The notes under the pieces were generated by a model. It was not told the origin of the DNA, searched no databases, and saw only the letters and a list, made by a program, of their open reading frames with translations. From the NCBI RefSeq assembly GCF_036917615.1, contig NZ_JBALCZ010000040.1:80292-144291 (forward strand): a stretch of 64,000 nucleotides of DNA, written 5' to 3'. Source of the DNA: Nostoc sp. (lineage in GTDB: Bacteria > Cyanobacteriota > Cyanobacteriia > Cyanobacteriales > Nostocaceae). The translations under genes were made by a program, and so were the position numbers. Positions 18,979-28,607 of this stretch are shown here, one piece after another (position 1 is the stretch's first letter; every line of letters begins with the position of its first letter).

Positions 18979-19229
18979 AGGACTTACGCAAAAAAACTCT
19001 CAAACTCTTATTCCCACCGAAGTTCAGATCGGCGGAAGCCGCCGCTCCGACTTCTCTTTGTGTCGCGCCAGTTGCTTCTCCCTTGGCGCTAGCCTCTCCC
19101 TTTGGGAGAAGGGGAGACGCTGCGCGTAGCTTGCTTCTCCGTAGGAGTACAAGTCTCTTAACTCGCCCAACGCACTGGCTTCTCTGCGTCCTCTGTGGTT
19201 CGATTTTCCGTTGCTAGTGCGTAAGTCCT
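18979..19229. mobile_element. MITE with TIRs AGGACTTACGCA / TGCGTAAGTCCT, enlarged by nested small repeats
   Basis: Both TIRs were read directly. The ends match the 88-bp copy at 29405 in inverted orientation. The interior holds gccgccgctcc, cgccagttgcttctcc and gagacgctgcgcgtagcttgcttctcc modules. Confidence 0.75.
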
Positions 19230-19394
19230 ATTAGACTTAAATGTAGGTTGGGTTGAGGAACGAAACCCAACATTTGCGTTGCTTTGTTGGGTTGCGCTAC
19301 GCTTAACCTAATCTACTTTTTGAGTTTGAAAACACGCCCTAGTCGGTTGCTTCCTATTAAGAGATACTAAAGCCAGGTAGATAGGCATGGAAAT

Positions 19395-20588
19395 ATGGAA
19401 TCCCTAACCTCTCGTATGCAGGCGGTACAGTCGCCAATTATTCCTGTGGTTGGGGAACTGATTAAAAACTCTCCTGGAACAATCTCTCTAGGACAGGGTG
19501 TTGTTTATTACAATCCACCACCGGAAGCTAGAGAATTTTTAGCTAAATTCTTCGCCGAACCCGCTAATAATTTATACAAATCAGTTGAGGGAATTCCCCC
19601 GTTGCTGACAGTACTTGCAGGAAAATTGCAAGCCTTCAACGGCATTGAAATCAACCGGGAAAACTGCATCGTCGTCACAGCCGGGAGCAATATGGGATTT
19701 ATGAATGCCATTCTTGCGATCACTAACCCAGGCGATGAAATTATTCTGAATACGCCCTACTATTTCAACCACGAAATGGCGATCGCAATGGCTGGTTGTC
19801 GTGCAGTGTTAGTGGCGACGGATGAAAATTACCAACTGCGTCCAGAAGCGATCGCTCAAGCAATTACACCCAAAACACGGGCTGTAGTCACAATTTCACC
19901 AAATAATCCGACTGGAGTTGTCTATTCAGAAGCGGCATTGCGCCAAGTAAATCGAATCTGTAGCGTTCAGCGAAGCTGTGCCGAAGGGACTCGCGGCATT
20001 TACCACATTAGCGATGAAGCCTATGAATACTTTACCTATAACGGGGTAAAACACGTTTCCCCTGGTGCATTTGGGAGTAGTAGCGAGTACACTATTTCTC
20101 TCTTTAGCCTTTCCAAAGCATACGGTTTTGCAAGTTGGCGGATTGGCTACATGGTGATTCCCAAACACTTATTTGTCGCCATCAAAAAAGTGCAGGATAC
20201 AATTTTGATTTGTCCACCAGTAATTTCTCAATATGCAGCTTTAGGGGCATTGCAAGCAAAAGAGGAGTATTTGAAGAGTAATATAGGTGCAATCGCTCAA
20301 GTTCGGCAACTAGTACTCGACTCGCTCAACCACCTACAAGGTTTATGTAGTATTACACCCGCCAATGGCGCTTTCTATTTTTTCCTCAAAGTTAATACCC
20401 AGATGGATGCTTTTGAGTTAGTTAAAAGACTAATCCAGGAACATAAAGTAGCCGTCATTCCAGGTACAACCTTTGGCATGAATGACGGATGCTACCTACG
20501 CGTTGCCTATGGGGCGCTGCAAAAAGAGACGGCAAAAGAAGGTATAGAAAGATTAGTGCAAGGTTTGGAAACTATAGTTAGGAGTTAA
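19395..20588 (+). CDS. PLP-dependent aminotransferase, class I/II
   Basis: 397 aa with PLP-lysine region SLSKAYGFASWRIGY and the motif NNPTG. Confidence 0.9.
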   Translation: MESLTSRMQAVQSPIIPVVGELIKNSPGTISLGQGVVYYNPPPEAREFLAKFFAEPANNLYKSVEGIPPLLTVLAGKLQAFNGIEINRENCIVVTAGSNMGFMNAILAITNPGDEIILNTPYYFNHEMAIAMAGCRAVLVATDENYQLRPEAIAQAITPKTRAVVTISPNNPTGVVYSEAALRQVNRICSVQRSCAEGTRGIYHISDEAYEYFTYNGVKHVSPGAFGSSSEYTISLFSLSKAYGFASWRIGYMVIPKHLFVAIKKVQDTILICPPVISQYAALGALQAKEEYLKSNIGAIAQVRQLVLDSLNHLQGLCSITPANGAFYFFLKVNTQMDAFELVKRLIQEHKVAVIPGTTFGMNDGCYLRVAYGALQKETAKEGIERLVQGLETIVRS

Positions 20589-20614
20589 GAGTTAGGAGTT
20601 AGGAGTTAGGAGTT
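20577..20614. repeat. STRR-type heptamer array (GTTAGGA / GTTAAGA) overlapping the aminotransferase stop codon
   Basis: gttagga gttaaga gttagga gttagga gttagga gtt. Confidence 0.85.
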
Positions 20615-20687
20615 GATATTTAATTTATGAGGGCGTTAGACTATGTTGGCGTACCTCGTTTGCAATCTCAAATATAAAATTGAACAG

Positions 20688-21125
20688 ATGCCAATTATTA
20701 ATCAGTTAATTGAAATTGAAACTGAACCAAAAATTAATATTTATAATCTCACACCACAAATCAAAGACTTTCTGGCTTCAACATCGCTTAAAAATGGACA
20801 AGTTTTAGTATTTTCTCGACACACAACAACAGCTTTAGCTATCAATGAAAATGAAGTCAGATTGTTAGAAGACATAAAAATGTTCTTGCAAAATTTAGCC
20901 CCCGAATCAGACAGTTACTTGCATAATGACTTGCATTTAAGAGATGTCCCAGAAGATGAGCCGATTAATGCGCACTCTCACTTAATGGCAATGATGCTGA
21001 CCACTAGTGAGATAATTCCCATTGTGGATGGTAAATTAGCTTTGGGAACCTGGCAATCTGTGTTGTTTTTTGAGTTGGATGGGCCGCGCAAAAGAACGGT
21101 ATTTGTCCAAATTTCTGGTGAATAA
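20688..21125 (+). CDS. YjbQ/UPF0047-family protein (secondary thiamine-phosphate synthase-like)
   Basis: 145 aa from the internal ATG (MPIINQL). Family motifs FSRHTTTALAINENE and AHSHL. Confidence 0.75.
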   Translation: MPIINQLIEIETEPKINIYNLTPQIKDFLASTSLKNGQVLVFSRHTTTALAINENEVRLLEDIKMFLQNLAPESDSYLHNDLHLRDVPEDEPINAHSHLMAMMLTTSEIIPIVDGKLALGTWQSVLFFELDGPRKRTVFVQISGE

Positions 21126-21308
21126 TTCGACTTTACACCTGCAATCCTCCCAGAAAAACCCAAATCTGAGAGAATTACGAGCATAACTAAAAAGTGCATC
21201 AGTTAAATTTACTTACAGTAATTAAGAATCTGAAAAAATGTTTTCAAGCATAACCTTCCTTTCCACAAACCAGGACTTTCGTTGTGTCAAAGGCAGAGGC
21301 AATTAGTT

Positions 21309-22358
21309 ATGAATAACGTTAACTTTGTATTACGTAATACTTGGTACTATGCTCTGCCTAGTAATCAGATCAAGCCAGGGATGATGATCAGCCGGATTTT
21401 CTTAGGAGAACCGGTGCTGTTAGTCCGCAGCCAGGATGGCAAAGTCTCTGCGATGCGGGACATTTGTCCTCATCGGGCCGTGCCTTTGAGTTGTGGTAGA
21501 TTCGATGGGCAGGAAGTGGAATGCTGCTACCACGGTTGGCGCTTTAACTCCGGTGGGCGCTGTACTGCGATCCCGTCTCTTGTAGAAGAACAGCAGATGG
21601 ATTTGAGTCGCTTTGATGTACAATCCTATGCAACTCGGGAAGCCCAAGGGAATATCTGGATATATATGACTGATCCCGATAACCCTCAGCCTGCTTCTGA
21701 GATGGAGATTCCGGTAATTCCAGGGTTTGATGAGCGATCGCCGCAGTTTGTAGAAGTCATGAGATTCCCCTGTTTTGTAGATCATGCAGTGGTAGGTCTG
21801 ATGGACCCTGCCCATTCACCCTACGTTCATCGTGCTTGGTGGTGGCGAAATGAGCAACTGCACGAGGAAGTAAAGCAATTCGACGCTTCGCCCTACGGCT
21901 TCACGATGCGACGACACCGATTACCAGCGAATGGGGGTCGATTATACTGGCTGATTGGCGGTGGTGTTCCGGAAACGGAGATTTCTTTTCGTTTACCTGG
22001 AGTCAGAGTCGAAGAAACCACCATTGGCAACCATCGAGTCGTTAATTTAACGGCAGTTACACCCATTTCAGACACAGAAACTGAGGTAACTTTTGCTCTT
22101 TACTGGACACTCCCTTGGGTGGGATTTTTTAAACCACTGATGCATGTGCTGGCGCGGACTTTCCTTGGTCAAGACCGAACGGTTGTGGAAAAGCAGCAGA
22201 TTGGTCTGAAATATAATCCTGTGCTGCGACTGATTAAGGATTCAGATATGCAGGCGCAGTGGTACTACCAGTTAAAACGGGAGTATGCTCGGTCTGTGAC
22301 TGAAGGACGAGAATTTGTGAATCCTGTCAAGGGTCAAATACTCCGGTGGCGTGCTTAA
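21309..22358 (+). CDS. Rieske [2Fe-2S] oxygenase, PaO/Tic55-like
   Basis: Rieske motif CPHRAVPLS...CCYHGWRF. Start placed at the first ATG (MNNVNF), not the TTG at 21282. Confidence 0.85.
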   Translation: MNNVNFVLRNTWYYALPSNQIKPGMMISRIFLGEPVLLVRSQDGKVSAMRDICPHRAVPLSCGRFDGQEVECCYHGWRFNSGGRCTAIPSLVEEQQMDLSRFDVQSYATREAQGNIWIYMTDPDNPQPASEMEIPVIPGFDERSPQFVEVMRFPCFVDHAVVGLMDPAHSPYVHRAWWWRNEQLHEEVKQFDASPYGFTMRRHRLPANGGRLYWLIGGGVPETEISFRLPGVRVEETTIGNHRVVNLTAVTPISDTETEVTFALYWTLPWVGFFKPLMHVLARTFLGQDRTVVEKQQIGLKYNPVLRLIKDSDMQAQWYYQLKREYARSVTEGREFVNPVKGQILRWRA

Positions 22359-23006
22359 AATTAAGATTTATAGCGTTGCATATTTGCGGGATTGATTTAG
22401 CAACTAAAGCTTATTTCTCCCCCTGCCTTTCCTGCTTGCTCAAATTAATCCCACTGTTTTGCAACGCCAGATTTTCTTCTCTTGCCACGTCGTAGACATC
22501 GCCTAAAAACCAAAACTGAGAATTTAGCCTCAAATAGACATTTTAACCCAATACAGTTCAGTTAAGCATTTTTTCTCTTCTCTCTGTTTCGCGCCAGTTG
22601 CTTCTCCCCTTGGGAGACGCTGCGCGAACAAGTCGGGGAACCCGCCCAACGCACTGGCTTCTCTGCGCCTCTGCGGTTCGTTAAAAAAGTTGACTTTGAT
22701 AAAGAGTTTTAGCCTTAACCCAAGCGTATTGCATTTTAACCCAAGACAAAATATTTCGTTTTGCTAAGAAATACTTAGTAGAACTATCGCTTTAGTCAAT
22801 AGAGGTGGGACAAACAGCAATATCATGCTAAATCCACGGCTGAGAAGATGATCCGGCTATTTGGGAAAGCGTACTTTGTCTGATTTTTTCCTTATTTCCC
22901 CAGACCTTACCTGCACTCGACCTTAATTATGTACACAATATTAAATAGCTATGCATATCCCTAAGTTCTCAAAATTACCGGATTATTCAATCTAGAAGGA
23001 CGAATT

Positions 23007-23720
23007 ATGGAACACAAAAAAAGGGTGGAAAAAACATCTCAACCCGGTTTTTTGGGACAGGCACTGACTGCTGCCGGAACAGCTATAGCCGCTCCCTCAT
23101 TGCTTAATCAGGCAGGCGTAGCAAAGGACGCTAGCCAAAGTAATCCAGGTGAGATGAATGTGAAACTTACTGTTAACGGTGAGCAGCAAACCCTCGACCT
23201 TGAGCCGCGTGTCACACTCTTAGATGCCCTGCGCGATCGCCTGGGGCTAGTGGGCAGCAAAAAGGGATGCGATCATGGGCAGTGTGGGGCCTGTACTGTT
23301 CTGATCGATGGTGAGCGAGTTTATTCCTGCCTGACTCTGGCAGTGATGCAGGAAGACAAGGCGATCGTCACCATTGAAGGGCTGGCGATGGGCGATACTC
23401 TCCATCCAGTGCAGGCAGCATTCATTGATAACGATGGCTTCCAGTGCGGCTATTGTACCCCAGGACAGATTTGTGCTTCTGTTGCCTTACTTGATGAAGT
23501 CAAACGCGGCTGTGCCAGCGTTGTCACACCAGATTTGGCTCGTCCCCCACAGTTGGCTGAACTTTCTGAAGCTGAAATCAAGGAGCGACTGAGTGGTAAT
23601 CTCTGTCGATGTAGCGCTTACAACGGCATTGTGGCAGCAGTTCAGCAGGTAATGGGACAAAAACCGCCCTCTCCTGCCGCAGATGTGATGGTCAATGAAC
23701 CCCAGGAGATGCTCAGATGA
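23007..23720 (+). CDS. Molybdo-flavoenzyme small subunit, two [2Fe-2S] clusters (PaoA/YagT-like), with signal-like N-terminus
   Basis: 237 aa with motifs GCDHGQCGACTV and FQCGYCTPGQ...CRCSAY. The N-terminal hydrophobic region is GFLGQALTAAGTAIAAPSLL. Confidence 0.88.
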   Translation: MEHKKRVEKTSQPGFLGQALTAAGTAIAAPSLLNQAGVAKDASQSNPGEMNVKLTVNGEQQTLDLEPRVTLLDALRDRLGLVGSKKGCDHGQCGACTVLIDGERVYSCLTLAVMQEDKAIVTIEGLAMGDTLHPVQAAFIDNDGFQCGYCTPGQICASVALLDEVKRGCASVVTPDLARPPQLAELSEAEIKERLSGNLCRCSAYNGIVAAVQQVMGQKPPSPAADVMVNEPQEMLR

Positions 23721-24712
23721 ACAACTTCACTTACACCCGTGCTACCTCTGTGAAAGATGCAGTTCAACGGGCAACGGATGACCAAAATGCGATATTGATT
23801 GCAGGCGGTACGAATTTAGTTGACCGTCTCAAAGTCTTTCTAGATGAGCCATCGCAACTAATCGACATCTCTCGATTAGAGATGAAGCGCATTGAACGCA
23901 CAAGTGAGGGTGGTCTAAGTCTTGGAGCGCTGGTAACTAACACAGCAGTGGCAGACCATCCTGATGTTCGCCGCGATTATCCAATCCTGTCTCGGGCGAT
24001 TCTTTCTGGTGCGTCTCAGCAAATCCGCAATATGGCAACCGTCGGGGGCAACCTACTGCAACGCACTCGCTGTCCCTACTATTACGATACCGCCTTCCCT
24101 TGCAACAAACGGCAACCGGGAAGCGGCTGTCCGGCAGCAACGGGCATCAACCGGATGCACGCCATCCTTGGGGCTAGTGACCAATGCGTGGCAGTTCAAC
24201 CCTCAGATATGTGTGTCCCTCTTGCGGCTCTGGATGCTGTTGTTATTGTGGAAGGCCCCAAGGGTAAACGGGAAATACCATTGACAGACTTTCACCGACT
24301 ACCAGGGAACACACCCCAGCGAGATACAAACTTAGAGCCAGGTGAATTGATTAGCTCTGTGGTTTTGCCCCCAGTGCCATTTGCCAAATCAGGGGTTTAC
24401 TTAAAGTTACGCGATCGCACTTCCTATGCCTTTGCGTTAGTCTCTGTGGCAGCTGCGATTGACTTAGCGGGTGAGCAGATTCAGAATGTACGCTTGGCAA
24501 TGGGTGGTGTAGCCCATAAACCTTGGCGCTCAAAGGAAGCAGAAAAGTTTTTGATCGGCAAGAGTGCCAATACTGCAACGTTTCAACAGGCGGCAGAAAT
24601 TGCACTTCAAGAAGCTAAACCATTAACTCATAACAGTTTCAAAGTTGACTTGGCAAAGCGGGCAATTCGTCGCGCACTTGCGGTATCAGCTAAAGGAGGA
24701 GGCGTAGTATGA
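23717..24712 (+). CDS. Molybdo-flavoenzyme FAD-binding medium subunit (PaoB/YagS-like)
   Basis: 331 aa. Overlaps its upstream neighbour by 4 nt. Motifs AGGTNLVD and ATVGGNL. Confidence 0.85.
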   Translation: MNNFTYTRATSVKDAVQRATDDQNAILIAGGTNLVDRLKVFLDEPSQLIDISRLEMKRIERTSEGGLSLGALVTNTAVADHPDVRRDYPILSRAILSGASQQIRNMATVGGNLLQRTRCPYYYDTAFPCNKRQPGSGCPAATGINRMHAILGASDQCVAVQPSDMCVPLAALDAVVIVEGPKGKREIPLTDFHRLPGNTPQRDTNLEPGELISSVVLPPVPFAKSGVYLKLRDRTSYAFALVSVAAAIDLAGEQIQNVRLAMGGVAHKPWRSKEAEKFLIGKSANTATFQQAAEIALQEAKPLTHNSFKVDLAKRAIRRALAVSAKGGGVV

Positions 24713-26823
24713 ACAAAGTAATTGGGACTGCCGTCGACCGCAAGGATGGACGGGCAAAGGTTACGGGCACGGCAACCTACGCCGCAGAACATGAAATTCC
24801 AGGTCTGGTTCACGGTTATCTTGTCACCGCCAGCATTGCCAATGGGCAAATTAAAAGCATCGACACCAGGGCAGCAGAAAAGGCAATAGGTGTCATAGAT
24901 GTTTTCACGCATAAAAACTCGCCTAAAATGTTGATGCCAGCCAACGACTTTATGACCTCGAAAATCTACGAGGCTCGTCTGCCGTTGTCGGATGACAAAA
25001 TTCACTATGCAGGGCAAATTATCGGTTTGGTAGTAGCAGACACCTTCGAGCGGGCGCGTGATGCGGCGCATTTGGTCAAGGTGGAATACACAAGCCAAAA
25101 GCCAGTCGTGGAAGCTGCACTCGCCACCTTCAAGGAGGCACCACCGCAGATGGGTCAAGAGCTAAAGTTTGAAAAGGGCAATTTTGCGGCAGGGGTGGCG
25201 AGTGCAACAACGAAACTTACAGCCACCTACAAGACAGCCATCGAACTGCACGCGGCGATGGAACCCCATGCGATCATTGCCCACTGGCAAGATGCAAATT
25301 CTCTCACTGTTTACGAACCGTCTCAGTGGGTGTTGGCAACTCAGCGCACCTATGCACAACTCTTTGAACTCCCAACTGAACAGGTTCATATCGTCACACC
25401 TTTTTTGGGTGGAGGTTTCGGCTCTAAAGCCTTTCCCTGGCCCCACGGTATTCTCTGTGCTGCGGCTGCCCGTGAACTTCAGCGTCCTCTGAGAGTCGTC
25501 CTCAGCCGACGGCAAATGACAGCGAACGCCGGACACCGCTCCGAAACCGAGCAAACTATGCGCTTGGGAGCAACTGCTGATGGTAGTTTAACTGCGATCG
25601 CTCATGAGGTTAAATCCTCTACCTCACCAGTGGATGTCTTTACAGAACCCTGTACCGCGGTCACGCCAGTTATGTACACAGCGCCGAATTTGCAACTGAA
25701 GCAGGAACTAGCGGTACTGAACATCGGTACACCAACATTCATGCGCGGGCCAGGAGAGAATCCTGGAATGTGGGCGATGGAGTCGGCAATGGACGAGCTG
25801 GCCTGGATGCTAAAGATTGACCCGGTAGAACTGCGCCTGAAAAATGAAACTAAAGAACACCAACGCGAAGGTCAGCCATTCTCAGCCAAACATTTTGCTG
25901 ACTGTTTGATCTTGGGTGCGGAGCAATTTGGCTGGAAAGACAGACCAAAACAGCCGCGTTCTTTGACATCCGATGGCAAACTCGTTGGTTGGGGGATGGC
26001 GGCAGCAACCTACCCTGGCAGGCGGGGGAAAGCATCAGTCAAGGTACGGCTGCTACCAGATGGTACTGCCCATGTTCTCACCGCCGGGAATGACATGGGC
26101 ACTGGCACATATACCGTTGTTGCAGCCACAGCAGCAGATGCATTGGGGCTACCCGTCGAACAGATACACGTAGAGTTAGGCGACTCCTTACTACCAGATG
26201 GAGGCATGGCGGGTGGTTCCATGATGACAGCATCTCTCCTCCCGGCGGTGATGTCAGCTTGTGAGCAAGTTCTGAAAACTGCTAATGCTAAGACTGCACA
26301 AGAGGCGTTTGCAACTCTGAGTCAGTCCGGCCAAGCAGCAATTGAGGCCACAGCATCCTCTGCTCCTGGCGATGAAACCAAGAAATGGGCATTCCAATCT
26401 TGGGGCGCACACTTTTGCGAAGTCAGCGTGGATGAAGAAATCGGACGTTTGCGGGTGACGCGTTGGGTGTCAGTGATGAATATCGGGCGAGTGATCAACT
26501 CTAAAACAGTAGCGAGTCAAGTACGTGGTGGCGTGATCATGGGTATTGGGCAAGCCTTAATGGAGGAGTGCCAAGTTGATCCAAACATCGGCTATCCCGT
26601 GGTTTATGACCTTGCTACCTATCACTTACCAGCCCATGCAGATATTCCTCGCATTCAGGTAGCCTTCGTCGGCGAACCTGACTTCAACTTCAACCCAGCA
26701 GGTGTAAGAGGTGTAGGTGAAATTGCGATCACAGGTGTTTCAGCTGCGATCGCCAATGCAGTTTACCATGCCACAGGTAAGCGCATCCGTGATTTACCCA
26801 TTACACCTGACAAGTTGATCTAA
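24709..26823 (+). CDS. Molybdopterin-binding large subunit of an aldehyde oxidase/xanthine dehydrogenase family enzyme (PaoC/YagR-like)
   Basis: 704 aa. Overlaps upstream by 4 nt. Family motifs GGGFGSK and MGTG, and Glu in a GVGE context near the C-terminus. Confidence 0.88.
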   Translation: MNKVIGTAVDRKDGRAKVTGTATYAAEHEIPGLVHGYLVTASIANGQIKSIDTRAAEKAIGVIDVFTHKNSPKMLMPANDFMTSKIYEARLPLSDDKIHYAGQIIGLVVADTFERARDAAHLVKVEYTSQKPVVEAALATFKEAPPQMGQELKFEKGNFAAGVASATTKLTATYKTAIELHAAMEPHAIIAHWQDANSLTVYEPSQWVLATQRTYAQLFELPTEQVHIVTPFLGGGFGSKAFPWPHGILCAAAARELQRPLRVVLSRRQMTANAGHRSETEQTMRLGATADGSLTAIAHEVKSSTSPVDVFTEPCTAVTPVMYTAPNLQLKQELAVLNIGTPTFMRGPGENPGMWAMESAMDELAWMLKIDPVELRLKNETKEHQREGQPFSAKHFADCLILGAEQFGWKDRPKQPRSLTSDGKLVGWGMAAATYPGRRGKASVKVRLLPDGTAHVLTAGNDMGTGTYTVVAATAADALGLPVEQIHVELGDSLLPDGGMAGGSMMTASLLPAVMSACEQVLKTANAKTAQEAFATLSQSGQAAIEATASSAPGDETKKWAFQSWGAHFCEVSVDEEIGRLRVTRWVSVMNIGRVINSKTVASQVRGGVIMGIGQALMEECQVDPNIGYPVVYDLATYHLPAHADIPRIQVAFVGEPDFNFNPAGVRGVGEIAITGVSAAIANAVYHATGKRIRDLPITPDKLI

Positions 26824-26853
26824 AAGGCATTGGGCATCTCCAGAAAAGAATGT

Positions 26854-26877
26854 AGAGACGCGAAATTTCGCGTCTCT
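26854..26877. terminator. Perfect 24-nt palindrome between convergent genes (possible bidirectional terminator)
   Basis: agagacgcgaaa / tttcgcgtctct. There is no clear U tract. Confidence 0.5.
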
Positions 26878-26950
26878 ATAAGGGTTTGGGTGAACGCATA
26901 ATTAATTTTCCCAGATGTCTATTGGGCATTCAAAAGAAGCTTTAGGGGCA

Positions 26951-27628
26951 CTAACCCAAACTAAATTCTGTAAATTCTCTTTGCCCAAACAGCATGTTTC
27001 GGTCTACGGCTGATAAAATTTTATTATTGGCGCGATCGCTATTTAAACAGCGACCAACTAACTGCGCGACATCTGCACGATTAATGCTACCAATAATCTG
27101 CGGATCTTCGGTTAAAACGCCATTGCCTGTTGCTGGTTCTGACTTGAGTCCACCAGGACGGATGATTGTATAGGTGAGTCCACTGGCAATTAAGTGTTGT
27201 TCAGCTTTGTCTTTCTCAGCTAAAACTTTTCCCAGTACCTCTAAAACTTGGGGTGACGCAGCAACAACACTATTGCCAGCACCAATGGAAGATACAAGAA
27301 TAAACTTTTGTACTCCAGCTTTAACTGTTGCATCGATCAGATTTCTATTACCAGGGTAATCCGGCCTTTCTACATCTGTTGGTAAACCGCCAATTGTACT
27401 GATAACAGTGTCAATAGGTTCATCTGTCAGGATTGCCCGTTCGACATCGCCAACATTCAAGGCATCTCCCAGAACTACCTCAATACCGATTCCTTCCAGT
27501 TCAGCAGCAACTGCTGCCTTTCTCAGGAGTGCTTTGACCTTTAGCTGTTGTCCTGTGAGGGATTGGGCAATTTCTCGACCAACACCACGACTTGCTCCAG
27601 CCAGAAAAATATAAGATGCACTTGTCAT
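26951..27628 (-). CDS. NAD(P)H-binding protein (atypical SDR, NmrA/flavin-reductase-like)
   Basis: 225 aa with motif FLAGASRGVGREIA. Confidence 0.8.
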   Translation of the reverse strand: MTSASYIFLAGASRGVGREIAQSLTGQQLKVKALLRKAAVAAELEGIGIEVVLGDALNVGDVERAILTDEPIDTVISTIGGLPTDVERPDYPGNRNLIDATVKAGVQKFILVSSIGAGNSVVAASPQVLEVLGKVLAEKDKAEQHLIASGLTYTIIRPGGLKSEPATGNGVLTEDPQIIGSINRADVAQLVGRCLNSDRANNKILSAVDRNMLFGQREFTEFSLG

Positions 27629-27639
27629 AATCAGCCTAA

Positions 27640-28022
27640 CTACTTACGCTCAAAGGATTTTATCAGAGGATTGGCAGTATTTAATAATTGCTCAAGCTCC
27701 TGGGATGCTTCTGGTTGATGGCGAACATAAGTGTCAATAAATAGACCAATAATTTCACTTATCAGCAAACGTAAGTTTTCTTGGGGTTGAGTAGCTTCTA
27801 AGTCGAGAGAGGGTCTACCGGTAGTGAAATCTGGCTAATCAACTATCGAAAAGTGATTTGCTCCCTTTAAGATTACTAGATAGCTGTCATTTCGTCCGCC
27901 AGTAATTGCTTGTTGAAATATACGTATGACTGGGATGGTAGCATCACTAGGACTTACACCATAGCGATTTATTCTCGTTCTGCCTGTTATTGAATGTAGG
28001 CCTTCACTACTACTGGAATTCC
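27640..28022 (-). pseudogene. Alpha/beta-hydrolase-like gene remnant (about 125 C-terminal codons, internal TAG)
   Basis: The minus-strand frame reads ...QAITGGRNDSYLVILKGANHFSIVD*PDFTTGRPSLD...ELEQLLNTANPLIKSFERK*. No N-terminal part is present. Confidence 0.45.
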
Positions 28023-28088
28023 GTTATTTAAAGCTTAACGATATCTTCTATAGATATCTCGGTGACAAAATTTTTATACGACCTCGAT

Positions 28089-28607
28089 TTATCCTTTTGC
28101 CACGTATTGAAGAGTTTCAATTTGCTCAGATGCTGTCAGGTCTTTACCATTTGCCCAACTAGTAGGCGGTTTAGAGTGATTCAATGCTCCAAACATTTTA
28201 AGGCAGTGCGAGTACGTGATGGCCCACATAAGCCGATAATTTACATTGTATTTTTTATCATTTGCAATAAAAGTAGATTTGATAGTTTGATTGCGAATAC
28301 CATTTAGGATTGTAATTGCTAGTTCTTCCGAATCCTTGATATCTAGATCGAAATGGCGATGGTTAGCTGGATAAAAATTTAAATTATTTTGAGGAGTAAA
28401 TTCATAGCGGGTTGTTTTTGGGAGACAGTTTACTGGAATAATTAAAGAGCCTCTAGTAGCCTTTGAGTCTCGTTTGTTGCCTTTGCTAGCACGAAGCTTG
28501 CTTTGATTTATACCTTCTGCTACTACCCCAAGAGCGTGTCCGATATCAAAAGTATCGATTGTATCGGCTTCATAAGTAGAGATACCTGAAGCTTCACCTC
28601 CTAACAT
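28089..28607 (-). CDS. Orphan hypothetical protein (172 aa)
   Basis: The only long ORF in an AT-rich, otherwise non-coding stretch. No motif recognised. Confidence 0.35.
   Translation of the reverse strand: MLGGEASGISTYEADTIDTFDIGHALGVVAEGINQSKLRASKGNKRDSKATRGSLIIPVNCLPKTTRYEFTPQNNLNFYPANHRHFDLDIKDSEELAITILNGIRNQTIKSTFIANDKKYNVNYRLMWAITYSHCLKMFGALNHSKPPTSWANGKDLTASEQIETLQYVAKG

Noticed and set aside
19190-19215. GGTTCGATT-like strings resembling a tRNA T-arm (also at 22670 and 29435)
   Set aside because: They are a conserved part of the MITE family. No acceptor stem or anticodon arm can be built around them.
24628-25158. A 176-aa antisense ORF across the junction of the FAD and molybdopterin subunit genes (other antisense ORFs lie at 25162..25554 and 26010..26222)
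   Set aside because: It is antisense to strongly supported, motif-rich genes in a GC-richer region where long shadow ORFs are expected.
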